The notes beneath the pieces are model-generated. The model had not been told where the DNA came from and searched no databases. It saw only the letters and a list, made by a program, of their open reading frames with translations. 64,000 nt of DNA from NCBI RefSeq assembly GCF_009914755.1, contig NC_060932.1; one strand, given 5' to 3'. This DNA comes from the human T2T-CHM13v2.0 reference genome, Homo sapiens. Numbering within the stretch: the first letter of the stretch is position 1; each line of letters begins with the position of its first letter. The position numbers and the translations under genes were made by a program. Below, piece by piece: positions 59,691-64,000 of this stretch.

Positions 59691-60390
59691 TAGAAAAGTG
59701 ACTGAGTACAATTAAGACTTAACAGCTAATAAATGTTGGCTATAATGATTATGACAACATAGCCAACTATGAAGACAAGAACAGGCAGAAAATGCCCTAT
59801 AGTTTTCAAATCTAGAAAACAATAAATTCTCATTTAATTTGACATTGATTTTGTTTGACATTGATTTTATTTTTCTTAAAATTGAAATGGCTCTCATTTC
59901 TTCACTAAAACAGGTTACTACAGCCTCTTCACTGGAGGTTAACTTCATCCCTTTGTAACACCAAAGGAACTAAGAACAGTATATTCAACCAATAATTGAA
60001 ACACCCTACCAATAGGTAAATGACTTGGTGACTCTTGTCCATCAAAAAAGTAAGCAATGAGTATTTATTGTGAACTTATACTCTGCAAGGCACTATGCCG
60101 GACATTTAAAAATTATTTTCTCCAAAATATGCAGCACATGTTGATTTTCTTAAAGTGACTTAAGATTCCTTTGGAGGGAAAATTTAATAACAATTTAAAA
60201 CATTAGGAAGATGCTGCTGCTGCTACCAGTCATCAACACCATCGTCACCATCACTACCATTACTATTAATAATAGAATTCATATCACAAATCAACATATG
60301 CTAAACTTTACTTTTGGAATGCTTTGCTTCAAACTTCAGATGTCCTCTTCAGTGAAATAAATGAAACAAAGAGCTTTAAAAATTCATGCT

Positions 60391-60770
<380 letters not shown>

Positions 60771-61309
60771 CTAAAATATTTGCAATTGCAGTTAGGAAAG
60801 ATATTTAGTTTCTCAAATAGATTTTGAGATTTAAAGAGTTTGTGTTTAGCTGTTAACTTTCAAACTAATATGATGTATTATCATTCTAGTAAATAAAAAA
60901 AGTAAAATAAAAACTGAAACAGAATGGTAAGTAAAATAGAAGTTTTGAGGTAAGACTAACTCTAGTAAAAATGCTGAGTCTGAAAATATGTACGTTTACA
61001 GCAATATATTTTGGAAGCCGAGTAACTTAAAATCGTATCTTCCACACTGAAAGAGGTATAGCATAACAAAGAGTTGACACTACTATAAGTAGATATAAAA
61101 GAAATGCTTTCAAGGAAATCACATCAAGGAAGGATTGGTTTGCTTAATAAATTCAAAAATGACAGAGAGTAGCATAAAATCCACATGAACATTATAATAT
61201 GCTCAATCAGTTCTAATTAAGGATTTAATTATACCTATTTGATATCTAATTTGCATTTTTCTAAAGGAACACGAAGTATTCTATTTTAGGTCCAAAGTTA
61301 AGGCTCTGG

Positions 61310-62654
<1,345 letters not shown>

Positions 62655-63671
62655 ATGGGGAAAAAACAGAGCAGAAAAACTGGAAACTCTAAAAAGCAGA
62701 GCGCCTCTCCTCCTCCAAAGGAACGCAGCTCCTCACCAGCAACGGAACAAAGCTGGACGGAGAATGACTTTGACGAGTTGAGAGAAGAAGGCTTCAGACG
62801 ATCAAACTACTCCGAGCTACAGGAGGAAACCCAAACCAAAGGCAAAGAAGTTGAAAACTTTGAAAAAAATTTAGACGAATGTATAACTAGAATAACCAAT
62901 ACAGAGAAGTGCTTAAAGGAGCTGACAGAGCTGAAAGCCAAGGCTCGAGAACTACGTGAAGAATGCAGAAGCCTCAGGAGCTGATGCGATCAACTGGAAG
63001 AAAGGGTATCAGCAATGGAAGATGAAATGAATGAAATGAAGTGAGAAGGGAAGTTTAGAGAAAAAAGAATAAAGAGAAACGAACAAAGCCTCCAAGAAAT
63101 ATGGGACTATGTGAAAAGACCAAATCTATGTCTGATTGGTGTACCTGAAAGTGACGGGGAGAATGGAACCAAGTTGGAAAACACTCTGCAGGATATTATT
63201 CAGGAGAACTTCCCCAATCTAGCAAGGCAGGCCAACATTCAAATTCAGGAAATACAGAAAACGCCACAAAGATACTCCTCGAGAAGAGCAACTCCAAGAC
63301 ACATAATTGTCAGATTCACCAAAGTTGAAATGAAGGAAAAAATGTTAAGGGCAGCCAGACAGAAAGGTCGGGTTACCCACAAAGGGAAGGCCATCAGACT
63401 AACAGCGGATCTCTCGGCAGAAACTCTACAAGCCAGAAGAGAGTGGGGGCCAATATTCAACATTCTTAAAGAAAAGAATTTTCAACCCAGAAGTTCATAT
63501 CCAGCCAAACTAAGCTTCATAAGTGAAGGACAAATAAAATCCTTTACAGACTAGCAAATGCTGAGAGATTTTGTCACCACCAGGCCTGCCCTAAAAGAGC
63601 TCCTGAAGGAAGCACTAAACATGGAAAGGAACAACCAGTACTAGCTACTGCATAATCATGCCAAATTGTAA
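62655..63671 (+). pseudogene. L1 ORF1p, full length (338 codons plus stop) with four nonsense codons
   Basis: MGKKQSRKTGNSK...; in-frame stops at 62982 (TGA), 63042 (TGA), 63552 (TAG) and 63642 (TAG); no net frameshift. Confidence 0.95.
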
Positions 63672-63734
63672 AGACCATCGAGGCTAGGAAGAAACTGCAT
63701 CAACTAACGAGCAAAACAACCAGCTAACATCATA

Positions 63735-64000
63735 ATGACCGGATCAAATTCACACAAAACAATATTAACCTTAAATGTAAATGGACTAAATGCTCCAATT
63801 AAAAGACACAGACTGGCAAATTGGATAAAGAGTCAAGACCCATCAGTGCGCTGTATTCAGGAGACCCATCTCATGTGCACAGACACACATAGGCTCAAAA
63901 TAAAGGGATGGAGGAAGATCTACCAAGCAAATGGAAAACAAAAAAAGGCAGGGGTTGCAATCCTAGTCTCTGATAAAACAGACTTTAAACCAACAAAGAT
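63735..64000 (+). CDS. L1 ORF2p endonuclease N-terminus, open to window end
   Basis: MTGSNSHKTILTLNVNGLNAPIKRHRLANWIKSQDPSVRCIQETH...; catalytic N14 and E43 present. Confidence 0.9.
   Translation, partial: MTGSNSHKTILTLNVNGLNAPIKRHRLANWIKSQDPSVRCIQETHLMCTDTHRLKIKGWRKIYQANGKQKKAGVAILVSDKTDFKPTK

Overview
Primate (human-like) nuclear DNA: AT-rich and dominated by transposon relics, most likely a large intron or 5'-UTR region of a gene I cannot name. The left end (1-1431) is a 5'-truncated, frameshifted L1PA ORF2 piece on the minus strand. The right end (~61621-64000) is the 5' part of an L1PA3-like element on the plus strand, with its whole 5'UTR, an ORF1 carrying four stops, the start of ORF2 and a truncated antisense ORF0. 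Between them lie about 29 Alu/FLAM/FRAM/FAM copies plus older L1M, L2, L3/CR1, MIR, MaLR LTR and DNA-transposon (MER5, MER45, Tigger3) remnants. I recognise no protein-coding exon, RNA gene or ribozyme; the non-L1 ORFs in the track look like Alu read-throughs or chance ORFs. The best leads are: a chain of minus-strand exon candidates in repeat-free DNA (including a 21-nt microexon and an exon ending ATG TCA G|GTAAGG); the L1 antisense promoter pointing at that chain; closely spaced inverted Alu pairs; and several palindromes. Repeat subfamily calls are from recalled consensus sequences and repeat boundaries are approximate. Exon calls rest on splice signals only. I found no solid evidence for a new biological system.
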